This document shows positions 25,455 through 35,057 of a stretch of 64,000 nucleotides of DNA, one piece after another. This DNA comes from Bacteroidota bacterium (GTDB taxonomy: Bacteria; Bacteroidota; Bacteroidia; Bacteroidales; GCA-2748055). The DNA lies in the NCBI GenBank assembly GCA_043797815.1, contig JAZDPG010000063.1, positions 85,232 through 149,231 of the forward strand. Reading direction: 5' to 3'. Position numbers and translations under genes: made by a program. Position 1 is the stretch's first letter. The number at the start of each line of letters is the position of its first letter. The notes beneath the pieces were generated by a model, which was not told the DNA's origin, did not search any database, and saw nothing but the letters and a program-made list of their open reading frames with translations.

Positions 25455-26981
25455 TTATGCGCTTGTTCCACCCACAGTCAATTTTTTCACAAGTACTGTG
25501 GGAAGGCCCATGGTTACAGGGACCGATTGACCCCCTTTGCCGCACATCCAGGTTCCGTTATCGGTTTTGTAGTCTCCGGCAGCCATGGTGATATCGGCCA
25601 GTGCCTGGGGTCCGTTCCCGATAATGTTGATGTCCTTGATGGGCTGGGTAAGTTTTCCATTTTCGATCAGATAACCCGATTTCACAAAAAACGTGAAATC
25701 CCCGGCACCAATATTCACCTGTCCATTGGTGAAATTATCTACATATACGCCGTAGTCCACACTGGATATGATGTCCTCTTTTGAATGAGGCCCCGGATCC
25801 ATATAGGTAATACGCATCCTGGGAAGCGGAACATTCCTGAAGGATTGCCTGCGGCCGTTGCCCGTGGGTCCGACCCCGTAAAAGTTGGCACTGATGCGGT
25901 CATGGATATAGCTTTCAAGTACCCCGTCTTTTACCAGGTAAACCTTTTTTACATCATTTCCCTCGTCATCAATATTCATGGATCCACGGTTGTTCTCCAT
26001 GGTTCCGTCTTCAATAATGTTGATGAACTCTCTTGCAATGTTTTTACCCATTTTATCGCTGAAGATGGAGGTCCCTTTGCGATTAAAGTCGGCTTCAAAT
26101 GCATGACCCATGGCTTCGTGTAAAAGTATTCCTGATCCTCCCGCACCCAAAACCACAGGCATCTCCCCGGCTTTGGGTTTGGTGGCTCCGAACAGGATGT
26201 TGGTGTTCTTCACTGCCTCCTGGGCGATTTCCTCAATCAGATCATCTCCCAGCCATTCAAACCCTTTGCGGAAGGACCTGGAGCTACCTCCATTTTCAAT
26301 CTGCCCGTCTTTTTCCATCACACAACCAAGCCTGAAGCTCGCCAGCGGACGGTAATCATAGGTGAAAAGTCCTTCCGAATTGTAGAACATGATATAAGCT
26401 GTCTCATCGGCCAGTGATGCATTCACTTTGGTTATTTTCTCATCCAGTTCAATCAGGCGGTCGTTGATCTTCTGTACATAGGGAATTTTGTCCTCCACCG
26501 ATGCATCTTCCCATTTCCTGGAAATCATGTAGTGATTGGCAGGCACTTTCTCAAGAAGTTTGTTCTGGTTGAATGTGACCGGGTCACCGGCAATATTTGC
26601 AGCGGTTTTGGCCACCTTCAACATATCCTGCAGGCCGACGGTTTCCGTATAGGCAAAACCTGTCTGGTCCCCTTTGAGCACCCTCACGCCCATTCCGTAA
26701 TCCACATTGGAGTAGGCCCGGTTCACCTTGCCATCTTCGAGGGATAGTGTGTTGGATATTTTGTGTTCAAAGAACAGGTCGGCGTAGTCTCCCCCCTTGG
26801 ACATGGCTTCTGTAATCACTTTTTGCAGCATCCCGGGAGTAACTTCAAAATGGTTTAAAAAACTTTTCACATCAGCGGAGTATTGGAGGTTCTGGCACGA
26901 TTTTAATAGTGGCGGTAACACCATGGTCCCCGCCACAGCAGCACCTCCGGATTTAATAAAACTTCTTCTGGAAAGTGTCAT
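25455..26981 (-). CDS. tldD: TldD-family metalloprotease with twin-arginine (Tat) signal
   Basis: ORF 25455-27020; ATG 26981 gives MTLSRRSFIKSGGAAVAGT Tat signal; HEAMGH (HExxxH) zinc motif; GDFTFFVKSGYLIENGK. Confidence 0.8.
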   Translation of the reverse strand: MTLSRRSFIKSGGAAVAGTMVLPPLLKSCQNLQYSADVKSFLNHFEVTPGMLQKVITEAMSKGGDYADLFFEHKISNTLSLEDGKVNRAYSNVDYGMGVRVLKGDQTGFAYTETVGLQDMLKVAKTAANIAGDPVTFNQNKLLEKVPANHYMISRKWEDASVEDKIPYVQKINDRLIELDEKITKVNASLADETAYIMFYNSEGLFTYDYRPLASFRLGCVMEKDGQIENGGSSRSFRKGFEWLGDDLIEEIAQEAVKNTNILFGATKPKAGEMPVVLGAGGSGILLHEAMGHAFEADFNRKGTSIFSDKMGKNIAREFINIIEDGTMENNRGSMNIDDEGNDVKKVYLVKDGVLESYIHDRISANFYGVGPTGNGRRQSFRNVPLPRMRITYMDPGPHSKEDIISSVDYGVYVDNFTNGQVNIGAGDFTFFVKSGYLIENGKLTQPIKDINIIGNGPQALADITMAAGDYKTDNGTWMCGKGGQSVPVTMGLPTVLVKKLTVGGTSA

Positions 26982-27159
26982 TGGTAGCTTGCTTTTGTTG
27001 GTTAGGGTCGAAAATAACATTTTTCAATGGAATTGTAAAAACTATCAGGGGATTATAGAGCCCGATTCACATTTATTAAGATTCAGCATTTCTGGTCATT
27101 TCATTCGATTTATTACTTTTATCACTTATTCATGATGAATCCAAACCAAAAAAATCCCA

Positions 27160-28596
27160 ATGAAACAAACCTTTTCTATTGTTTATGTACTCTGTATGCT
27201 GGCATTGGCCGGCTGCAGTTCAGAAGAATGGATTTCTCTTTTTGACGGGGAGACCCTGGAAGGCTGGAAAGCCTCCGAGGATGCAGGATCCTGGAAAATT
27301 GAGGATGGAGCCATTGTCACCTGCGGCACCCGGTCCCACCTGTTCTATGATGGAAATTTAATGGACCATGATTTCCGGAACTTCGAATTTTCGGCGGATG
27401 TGAAAACGAGTCCGGGTGCAAATTCGGGAATCTATATCCATACCGGATTCCAGGAGGAAGGCTGGCCCGCCAAAGGGTATGAATGCCAGGTGATCAATTC
27501 CAATCCCCCTGCCGAAGAGGGAGGCTATGTAGAGCACAAGATGACAGGGAGCATCTATGCCATCAGGAATGTATGGAAGGCGCCTGTTCCCGATGATGTA
27601 TGGTTTAACTACCGCATCCGGGTCCAGGGCAAAACCATCCAGACCTTTATCAATGATATGCCGGCAGCAGCGTATACCGAACCAGGGGAGATCTACCGCC
27701 CTGAGGGTATGAGCGGCCGTTTGCTGGGTTCCGGGACCTTTGCTCTCCAGTGCCACGATCCGGGAAGCGTGGTCAGTTATAAAAACATCAAAGTAAAACC
27801 ATTGTCTGATGACCTGCCCACCCCCGGGACGCCTCCGGATGACCTGGAGTTCGAAAAGAGGCTCATCGACCTGGCCTCACAGAATTTTCCGCTCATCGAC
27901 CTGCACACCCACCTGAAGGGCGGAATGACTGAGGAGCAGGCGCTGGAGCAGGCCCGCAGGTATGGTTATACCTATGGGCTGGCTGTGAATTGCGGAATCA
28001 AAATGGGATTTGAGACCGATGATTCCCTGAAAGCCTACCTGGACAACCATACACATTCACCTTTTACCTGGCATGCCATGCAGGCTGAAGGCCGGGAATG
28101 GCTGGAGTTGTTCAGTAAGGAGAGCCGCGACAGGTTCGACTATGTCTTCACCGATGCCATGACATGGACCAATAAAAACGGAAAACGGATGCGCCTCTGG
28201 ATCAAGGAGGAGACCGAGGTGGGCGACCCCCAGGATTTCATGGACCAGCTCACAGACCAGATCGTAAAAATCGTAACGGAAGAACCCATTGACATCCATG
28301 TGAATCCCACTTACCTTCCCCCGGAGATCGCCGATCGCTATGACGAGCTCTGGACAGAAGAACGGATGGATAGAGTGGTTGCTGCACTGGCGGTAAGCGG
28401 GGTGGCCCTGGAGATCAACAACCGCAACCGGATCCCAAGCCCGGCATTCCTTAAAAAGGCCAAACTGGCCGGGGTAAAGTTCACATTCGGGACCAACAAT
28501 GCCGGGGCCAATGACCTGGGGAGAATGGACTACTGCATTGAGATGATCGGTGAACTGGGACTCACCTCCCAGGATATGTGGATCCCCGGGAAATAG
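27160..28596 (+). CDS. lipoprotein: DUF1080 (3-keto-disaccharide hydrolase-like) domain fused to PHP-like metal-dependent phosphoesterase domain
   Basis: 478 aa; lipobox LALAGC; LFDGETLEGWK...NFEFSADVK...NSGIYIH...YECQVIN DUF1080 pattern; C-half LIDLHTHLKGG PHP-like. Confidence 0.65.
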   Translation: MKQTFSIVYVLCMLALAGCSSEEWISLFDGETLEGWKASEDAGSWKIEDGAIVTCGTRSHLFYDGNLMDHDFRNFEFSADVKTSPGANSGIYIHTGFQEEGWPAKGYECQVINSNPPAEEGGYVEHKMTGSIYAIRNVWKAPVPDDVWFNYRIRVQGKTIQTFINDMPAAAYTEPGEIYRPEGMSGRLLGSGTFALQCHDPGSVVSYKNIKVKPLSDDLPTPGTPPDDLEFEKRLIDLASQNFPLIDLHTHLKGGMTEEQALEQARRYGYTYGLAVNCGIKMGFETDDSLKAYLDNHTHSPFTWHAMQAEGREWLELFSKESRDRFDYVFTDAMTWTNKNGKRMRLWIKEETEVGDPQDFMDQLTDQIVKIVTEEPIDIHVNPTYLPPEIADRYDELWTEERMDRVVAALAVSGVALEINNRNRIPSPAFLKKAKLAGVKFTFGTNNAGANDLGRMDYCIEMIGELGLTSQDMWIPGK

Positions 28597-28662
28597 CTTT
28601 TAACATTTCATTCACTTTTCATGTAGGGGGTTTGCTTTAACTTACCTGCAAATTTTATAGCG

Positions 28663-29574
28663 ATGGGAAAATTTGATCTGAACCGACGGCAGTTTATGGG
28701 AGCACTTGCCCTGGGAACGGCCCACCTCATGTTTATAAATCCACTCTATGGTGCCACAGGAAGGTTTACCTCATCCGATCCCTTGCAGTTTGTTCCCTTG
28801 GGGAAATCGGGGTTGAATACAACCCTGATTGGCTTCGGGACTGGTGTCTGGGCCGGAAACAGGACCTCTTTTCTCACCAGGCAGGAGAAGGATAAAAGCA
28901 TTGGTTTGCTTCGATATGCCTATGACCGGGGCTTCAGGATGTTTGACTGTGCCGACACCTATGGAACACACGGGATTATGGCTGAAGCCCTGAAATCAAT
29001 GGATCGTGATAAAATGGTGATTACTTCCAAAATGTGGACCCGCCAGGGTGGGATTCCTGATACAGACCGTCCTGATGCAGATGTGGTTGTGGAGAGGTTT
29101 CGCAGGGAGCTGGATACAGATTATATCGACCTGGTCCAGATCCACTGCATGGTGGATGAAGAGTGGACAGACAGTGAACGAAAACAGATGGATATCCTGG
29201 ATAACCTGAAGGCAAAAGGAATCATCCGGGCCCACGGGGTGTCGGTTCATTCACTGGAAGCCATGAAGACGGCCGTGGCTGATCCCTGGGTGGATGTATT
29301 GCATGCAAGGATCAATCCCTACGGCATTGCCATGGATAAGCCAAACCCGGAAGAGGTGGTGGCGGTGATCCATACACTGCATGCAGCAGGCAAGGGCGTG
29401 ATCGGGATGAAGCTGGTTGGCAATGGTGAATACACCGACAGCAGTGAGAAGATTGATCACAGCATCCGCTTTGTGCTGGGACTGGGCAGTGTGGACATGA
29501 TGATCGTCGGATTCGAAAACGAAGGACAGATCAACAACTACATGGACCGTGTGAAAACAGTACTCAGTACTTAG
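28663..29574 (+). CDS. aldo/keto reductase with twin-arginine signal
   Basis: 303 aa; NRRQFMGALALG Tat motif; FDCADTYG, LDTDYIDLVQIHC AKR motifs. Confidence 0.8.
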   Translation: MGKFDLNRRQFMGALALGTAHLMFINPLYGATGRFTSSDPLQFVPLGKSGLNTTLIGFGTGVWAGNRTSFLTRQEKDKSIGLLRYAYDRGFRMFDCADTYGTHGIMAEALKSMDRDKMVITSKMWTRQGGIPDTDRPDADVVVERFRRELDTDYIDLVQIHCMVDEEWTDSERKQMDILDNLKAKGIIRAHGVSVHSLEAMKTAVADPWVDVLHARINPYGIAMDKPNPEEVVAVIHTLHAAGKGVIGMKLVGNGEYTDSSEKIDHSIRFVLGLGSVDMMIVGFENEGQINNYMDRVKTVLST

Positions 29575-29639
29575 TACACAGTGCTCAGTAGTGCAAAGTG
29601 CGCCCTGCTTTCTGGACACACAGTACTATGCACTGAGCA

Positions 29640-31082
29640 CTAAGACCTTCGGAGAAGGTCGCTTGCGGTGTTGTAGCCGTTGATGAAAGCCCCGGAGAAA
29701 CCGCCTCCCAGTTTTCCCCAGGCTGAAGCAATGTGAATGTTTTCAGGCAGGGCAGAAAGGTATTCCATGGATTTTCCCGGGTTCTGGGCAAAGCCATATA
29801 CTGCTCCTGCCGGGTTTAAGGTAAAGCGTCTCACGCTCAATGAAGTTGCCACTTCCACATATTCCACAGCATCCCTGAAACCCGGGATGAACTGCTCACA
29901 ACGGCCGGTGATCGTATCGGCCACATCAGACTTCATCCGGTTATACTCTTCCCGGCTCAGACCTTCCCAATCGGAAGGATAATCCACAGCACAAACGGCA
30001 CCCACACTCTTCCCTTCCGGGGCCAGCCTGGAATCCACCTGGCTGTAGTCTACAAAAGTGAAGCTGCGGGTACTGAAATCGCTTTTGTTGTTGGTCAGGA
30101 TATGGGCCTGGGTGCGGATGGATGGATCAAATACAAACGTGGCGTAATTTCTGTTTCCGATCTCTTTCAGGGACCTCCTGAAACCGTAATAGACAGTGAG
30201 CAGGGAAGCACCAATTTTTTTCCCCCTGATGGTGGCACCCAGTTTTTTTCCGTCTGCGGCTGAAAGCAGATATTCAGCCAGGTTGGGAATGGCAGCATTG
30301 ACAATGATGTCAGCTGCCAGATCGGAATGGGAACCCTGCTCCCTGCCTTTTGTGTCGGAGTAGGTCACACCCACGGGTTTGCTTCCCCGGTAATCGATTC
30401 CGGTGACCAGGCTGTTCAGCCTCACCTCACCTCCGTTTTCCCGGATCACATCCATCAGTGCGTTGGAAAGTTGCTGGGATCCCCCCTGTATGTAGTTGGA
30501 GCGCCCGCCGTAATTGCTGTTCTGGGCTGACAGGTAGTAGAACCAGGAAAGGGTGTAGGGATCGTCGTGGTAATACCCCAGGTTACCAAGGAGCACCAGT
30601 TTCAGCTCATCATCGGTGATGATCTCATCCAGAAATTGCCCGATGCTTTTTTCCGGCTGGTTGCGGTTCATGACCATCACACGCTTGGCATTGGCCATGT
30701 GCCAGAAATAGGCATCAATCCCCACTGCTTCCGCCGGGAATGCACGCTTGAGGACCCCCTTTGCCTCTTCCACATCGTGGGGGATCACCAGGTCCTGCCG
30801 GCCATTGATGAACCTGTAGAAATCAGGCAGCGGGAGGAACATGACACTTTCCAGGATTCCCAGGTCCTCGAACATTTTTGTTTTTTGGTCTCTTGGATAG
30901 AGTCCCTCCATCTCATGAAGCCCCACCTCCATGGTAAACTCCTTTCTTTTGAAGGTGGTGGCACATCCACCGGGCCTGTCATGCTGTTCCAGCAGCAGCA
31001 CACTTTTCCCTTCTTTGGCCAGCTTGGCTCCGGCAGTGAGTCCCCCCAGTCCGCCGCCAATGATGATGAAATCATATGTCAT
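29640..31082 (-). CDS. NAD(P)/FAD-dependent oxidoreductase, phytoene desaturase (CrtI-like) family
   Basis: 480 aa; MTYDFIIIGGGLGGL...LLLEQHDRPGG dinucleotide fold; 5 nt downstream of preceding gene in the operon. Confidence 0.8.
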   Translation of the reverse strand: MTYDFIIIGGGLGGLTAGAKLAKEGKSVLLLEQHDRPGGCATTFKRKEFTMEVGLHEMEGLYPRDQKTKMFEDLGILESVMFLPLPDFYRFINGRQDLVIPHDVEEAKGVLKRAFPAEAVGIDAYFWHMANAKRVMVMNRNQPEKSIGQFLDEIITDDELKLVLLGNLGYYHDDPYTLSWFYYLSAQNSNYGGRSNYIQGGSQQLSNALMDVIRENGGEVRLNSLVTGIDYRGSKPVGVTYSDTKGREQGSHSDLAADIIVNAAIPNLAEYLLSAADGKKLGATIRGKKIGASLLTVYYGFRRSLKEIGNRNYATFVFDPSIRTQAHILTNNKSDFSTRSFTFVDYSQVDSRLAPEGKSVGAVCAVDYPSDWEGLSREEYNRMKSDVADTITGRCEQFIPGFRDAVEYVEVATSLSVRRFTLNPAGAVYGFAQNPGKSMEYLSALPENIHIASAWGKLGGGFSGAFINGYNTASDLLRRS

Positions 31083-31087
31083 GGTGA

Positions 31088-32272
31088 TCAGTTGGTTTGT
31101 TTCTCCTTTTCAACCGGGATGGGATATCTTTTAAACTCCTTATTCCGGTCAAACAGATACCGGTAGGTAATGTAATGCTTCACCGATTTACATCCCACCC
31201 CGATGAAAATTTTCCTCATTTTCGGGTTAAAATCACCCACCCATGAGAATTCTATTTCGGTGTAATGGGATTTTCTTTCAAAGACCTTTTCCAGCTGGAG
31301 GATGATGGCCGCCTCTACACCCATTCCCTGGAAGGCAGGGACCACACCCATCAATACCCCCCGGGCACGGGTCATGGTCTTTCGCTTTTTCAGGTAGAGG
31401 AACTTCAGCATGGCTGGCAGCGTAAGCCTGCCGTTGAGGTGTTTCAGGATCTGGTTCACATCGGGGTACATCAGGTAAATGGCAATGGGCTTGCCCTTGT
31501 TGTAGGCAATCCAGACAAACTCCTCATCCATAATGGCCCGGGCCTTCTGGATGGTCTTTTTAATGTAGGAGACCTCCAGGGGTTCGAAGTTCTCCTTGAA
31601 GGAGGCCCAGGCTTCATTGAAAACCGTCACAAAATCCTGGATGTATTGATCCTGTTTTTTCCATTCCAGGTGTCTGAATTCATAATCCGGTTTACGGGAA
31701 ATCCATTCAGCGATTTTTTGAAAGCGGGGCGGCAGGGGTTCGGTAATATCCAGGTGAAAACCCTCCTGCCGGAAATAGGTTCTGAATCCGTATGATTCGA
31801 ATAACTGCTGGTAGTAGGGAGGATTGTAGGCAATCTCATAAGAGGGATGGGTGAAGCCCTCCACCAGGAGCCCCCAATACTTATCAGTCTCCCCGAAATT
31901 CACCGGGCCGTCCATGGCCTCCATTCCCCGGGACTTGAGCCAGTCACGGGCAGTATCAAACAGAAGATTGGCTGCCTCCTGGTTGTGGATGCACTCAAAA
32001 AAGCCCATCCCTCCCGTGGCTTGGTCATGTTTCCCGGCTGTTTTGGTATCAATAAAGGCTGCTACCCTGCCAATCAGGCTCCCGTTTTCGTTCTGCAGAA
32101 TCCAGCGGGCGGCCTCACCGTGTTTGAAATAGATGTTCCTTTGAGGATCAAAAATGGATTCGATCTCTTTGTCCAGGGGGCATACCCATGTGACATCATC
32201 CCGGTAAAGTATTTTTGGAACACGCAGAAAGGCCTGTTTCAACCTTTTGCCTGATACCTCTGTAATCTTCAT
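31088..32272 (-). CDS. conserved protein, probably GNAT-fold acyltransferase-like
   Basis: 394-aa ORF; long, no obvious motif beyond GVVPAFQGMGVEAAI resembling a GNAT acyl-CoA pocket; assignment from memory of similar Bacteroidota annotations. Confidence 0.45.
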   Translation of the reverse strand: MKITEVSGKRLKQAFLRVPKILYRDDVTWVCPLDKEIESIFDPQRNIYFKHGEAARWILQNENGSLIGRVAAFIDTKTAGKHDQATGGMGFFECIHNQEAANLLFDTARDWLKSRGMEAMDGPVNFGETDKYWGLLVEGFTHPSYEIAYNPPYYQQLFESYGFRTYFRQEGFHLDITEPLPPRFQKIAEWISRKPDYEFRHLEWKKQDQYIQDFVTVFNEAWASFKENFEPLEVSYIKKTIQKARAIMDEEFVWIAYNKGKPIAIYLMYPDVNQILKHLNGRLTLPAMLKFLYLKKRKTMTRARGVLMGVVPAFQGMGVEAAIILQLEKVFERKSHYTEIEFSWVGDFNPKMRKIFIGVGCKSVKHYITYRYLFDRNKEFKRYPIPVEKEKQTN

Positions 32273-32289
32273 AACATCAGGATGAGAGA

Positions 32290-34071
32290 TTATGCTTGCT
32301 TCTTATAGATGGAATCAAGCAGGTGGGGATATTTGGATGCGATCACCTTTCGCTTCAGCTTCAGACTTGCGGAAAGTTCTCCCGTTGCGGGGGACCATTC
32401 ATCTGCTACCAGTCGGATGCGATTGATCCGTTCCCACTCCTGCAGGTCCCGGTTGATTTTTGCAACCTCCTCATTGAAAAGGGCCGTCACCTCGGCGAGC
32501 TGGATCAATTCATCATTTTTCTTTCCGTTCACCTGGTTGTTGGCAGCACGCCACTCCTTAAGAAATTTGAAATCAGGCACCAGCAGGGCACTGGCAAATT
32601 TCTGATGCTCTCCTACCACCATGACCTGGTCGATGAAAGCCGACTCCTTGAGGCGGTTTTCGATGAGCTGCGGTGCCACAAATTTCCCGCTGGAGAGTTT
32701 AAAGATCTCTTTTTTCCTGTCAGTGATCATCAGGAATTTCCCGTCCACCAGGTGGCCCACATCTCCGGTATGGAACCAACCCTCTTCGTCAAAAACACTT
32801 CTGGTCTGGGCTTCGTCCTTGTAATACCCCAGCATTACACAGTGTCCTTTGCAGAGCACCTCTCCGTCATCGGCTATCTTAAGTTCCACGCCATCAATGA
32901 CTGTGCCCACAGAACCCAGTTTGCACCGGCCCTTCTCCATCCGGTTAATGGTAATAATGGGAGAAGTTTCGGTAAGCCCGTACATGTTGATGATTTTCAG
33001 GCCACTGGCCCAGAAGATGCTTTCCAGCCTCGACTGCAGGCTGGCTCCGCCACATCCCACCAATCTGGCATGTCCGCCCAGCGCTTCCCTCCATTTGCTG
33101 AAGATCAGTTTGTCGGCAATTTTCATCTTCTGGTCATAGAACCAGCCGTTTTCTCCATGGGGTTTGTAACGCAGGCCCAGGTCCACGGCCCAGAAGAATA
33201 ACTTCTTTTTCATTCCGGTCAGACTGCGGCCTTTGGCAATCACATTGTCATAGATCTTTTCCAGTATCCGGGGAACGGCGTCAAACCCGGTGGCTGAAAT
33301 CTCCTTCAGGTTGATGGCAATGGTGCCCATGTTCTCGGCATAATAGATACAGGCTCCCGCATACTGGGTCTGGTAATTGCCCAAACGGCCTCCCACATGA
33401 CAAACGGGGATGATGGCCAGGTAGCGGTCCTGGGGGGTAAGTTGGAATACATCGGAAGCGGCCAGGAAATTCTTTACGAGGTTTTCATGGGACAGCATCA
33501 CACCTTTCGACTGGCCTGTGGTCCCCGATGTATAGATAATGGAGACCAGGTCCGAGGGAAGGATCTCCTTCTTGATGGCTTCCAGTTTTTTCCTGGTATC
33601 CTCTCCTGCCGTTTCACCTTTTTTAAGAACCTCTGTCCAGTGCCTGGCATCCTCGATCTCATCGAAAGTGAAGAAATCTTTGATGGCTTTTACCTTTTTA
33701 GAAACAGGGAAAATAAGATCGTACAGCTTTTTATCCGAAACGATAGCCATGATTGCATCGGAGTGTTCCAGGATGTAACCGTACTCCTCGGCGTTCATGG
33801 ATGTATAGACTGGGACATGCACCACACCGGCAAGGGCCATTCCCATATCCACGAAGTTCCACTGGGGGCGGTTGTTGGTGACGGTAACAATTTTATCCCC
33901 TTTCTTAAAACCAAGCTCCAGGAGACCAAGGGCAAAATGGTGGGCAATTTCATTGTACTGTTCCGAAGTGTAGAAAGTCCACATTCCATCTATCTTCTCA
34001 GATAACACATTTTTATTGGGGAACATTGTAACAAAGCGTTCCAGCAGGTCGAAATTACGTGTCGGGATCAT
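32290..34071 (-). CDS. long-chain fatty acid-CoA ligase (AMP-forming)
   Basis: 593 aa; IIYTSGTTGQSKGVMLSHENL AMP-binding motif; GWFHTGD, KLKR C-terminal motifs. Confidence 0.9.
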   Translation of the reverse strand: MIPTRNFDLLERFVTMFPNKNVLSEKIDGMWTFYTSEQYNEIAHHFALGLLELGFKKGDKIVTVTNNRPQWNFVDMGMALAGVVHVPVYTSMNAEEYGYILEHSDAIMAIVSDKKLYDLIFPVSKKVKAIKDFFTFDEIEDARHWTEVLKKGETAGEDTRKKLEAIKKEILPSDLVSIIYTSGTTGQSKGVMLSHENLVKNFLAASDVFQLTPQDRYLAIIPVCHVGGRLGNYQTQYAGACIYYAENMGTIAINLKEISATGFDAVPRILEKIYDNVIAKGRSLTGMKKKLFFWAVDLGLRYKPHGENGWFYDQKMKIADKLIFSKWREALGGHARLVGCGGASLQSRLESIFWASGLKIINMYGLTETSPIITINRMEKGRCKLGSVGTVIDGVELKIADDGEVLCKGHCVMLGYYKDEAQTRSVFDEEGWFHTGDVGHLVDGKFLMITDRKKEIFKLSSGKFVAPQLIENRLKESAFIDQVMVVGEHQKFASALLVPDFKFLKEWRAANNQVNGKKNDELIQLAEVTALFNEEVAKINRDLQEWERINRIRLVADEWSPATGELSASLKLKRKVIASKYPHLLDSIYKKQA

Positions 34072-34122
34072 GGTTCAGGATTTGAGTTTCCTGCAAGATA
34101 ATGAATCTATTTGATATGAAGT

Positions 34123-34962
34123 TTAATGGTTGTGCAGGGATGCTTCCCATCCCAGGATGGCATATTTGCGTGTACTTCCCCATCGGTACTCACTGATCTG
34201 TCCGCTCTTTTTAATGACCCTGTGACAGGGGATGAGCCAGGCAATGGGATTTTTGCCAATGGCACTACCCACAGCCTGCAATCCCCGCGGATTATTGATG
34301 TGTTTTGCAATTACCTGGTAGGATACCATTTCACCTGAGGGAATCCTTAAGAGGGCTTCCCATATTTTAATCTGGAAGGGTGTCCCCCGGGCCAGAAGTG
34401 AGAGAGAAATGCAGTTGCCAGGCTGAAACAGGGTTTCAGCCACAGCAGCAGTCCTTGCCTGATCTTGTACCAGTCCGGATCCGGCCCACTGTTGCTTCAG
34501 TTCTTTTATGGCTGGGGGTGTATCTTCGATGAATTGAAGGGAGCAAATCCGGTTTTCCTGTGTGACCGCCAAAAGATATTTTCCAAAAGGGCCCTGGTGA
34601 ATTCCATAATGGATCACCAATCCGGCCCCTTGTCTCCGGTACTGGTCTGGGGTCATTCCCTCAACTGAAATAAACAGGTCGTGAAGCCGTCCGGTGCCCG
34701 ATAGTCCTGCTCGCTGTGCCACTTCTTCCAGGTTCGGACTCTTATCCAGTTGATCCTTAGCATACTCCAAAGTCAGGTACTGCAGGAATTTCTTGGGCGA
34801 TATTCCTGCCCAACGGGTAAAGAGCCTCTGGAAATGGTATGAGCTCAGGTGTATGTGGGATGCGATCTCATCCAGGCCTGGCTGATGCTCCCGGTGCTCC
34901 CGGATAAATTCAATGGCTTTTTCCACCCTCTGGTAATCAAGAACAGCCTGTTCGGTATACAT
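34123..34962 (-). CDS. AraC-type HTH fused to methylated-DNA-protein-cysteine methyltransferase (Ada/Ogt-like)
   Basis: ORF 34123-35094 trimmed to ATG 34962 (MYTEQAV); SSYHFQRLF AraC HTH; IPCHRVI active-site motif. Confidence 0.85.
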   Translation of the reverse strand: MYTEQAVLDYQRVEKAIEFIREHREHQPGLDEIASHIHLSSYHFQRLFTRWAGISPKKFLQYLTLEYAKDQLDKSPNLEEVAQRAGLSGTGRLHDLFISVEGMTPDQYRRQGAGLVIHYGIHQGPFGKYLLAVTQENRICSLQFIEDTPPAIKELKQQWAGSGLVQDQARTAAVAETLFQPGNCISLSLLARGTPFQIKIWEALLRIPSGEMVSYQVIAKHINNPRGLQAVGSAIGKNPIAWLIPCHRVIKKSGQISEYRWGSTRKYAILGWEASLHNH

Positions 34963-35057
34963 GTGTTCCTCTCTTTTTCTTTCAAATATAGCCTGTGTTC
35001 CCGGGTTGAACAACCCGTTTCTTGCGGTAATGATCAGATCCCTTTTAATGATGCAGG

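Noticed and set aside
24791-25591. 266-aa plus-strand ORF
   Set aside because: It is antisense to the pmbA/tldD genes, which carry clear family motifs.
32296-33201. 301-aa plus-strand ORF
   Set aside because: It is antisense to the acyl-CoA ligase gene (AMP-binding motif on the minus strand).
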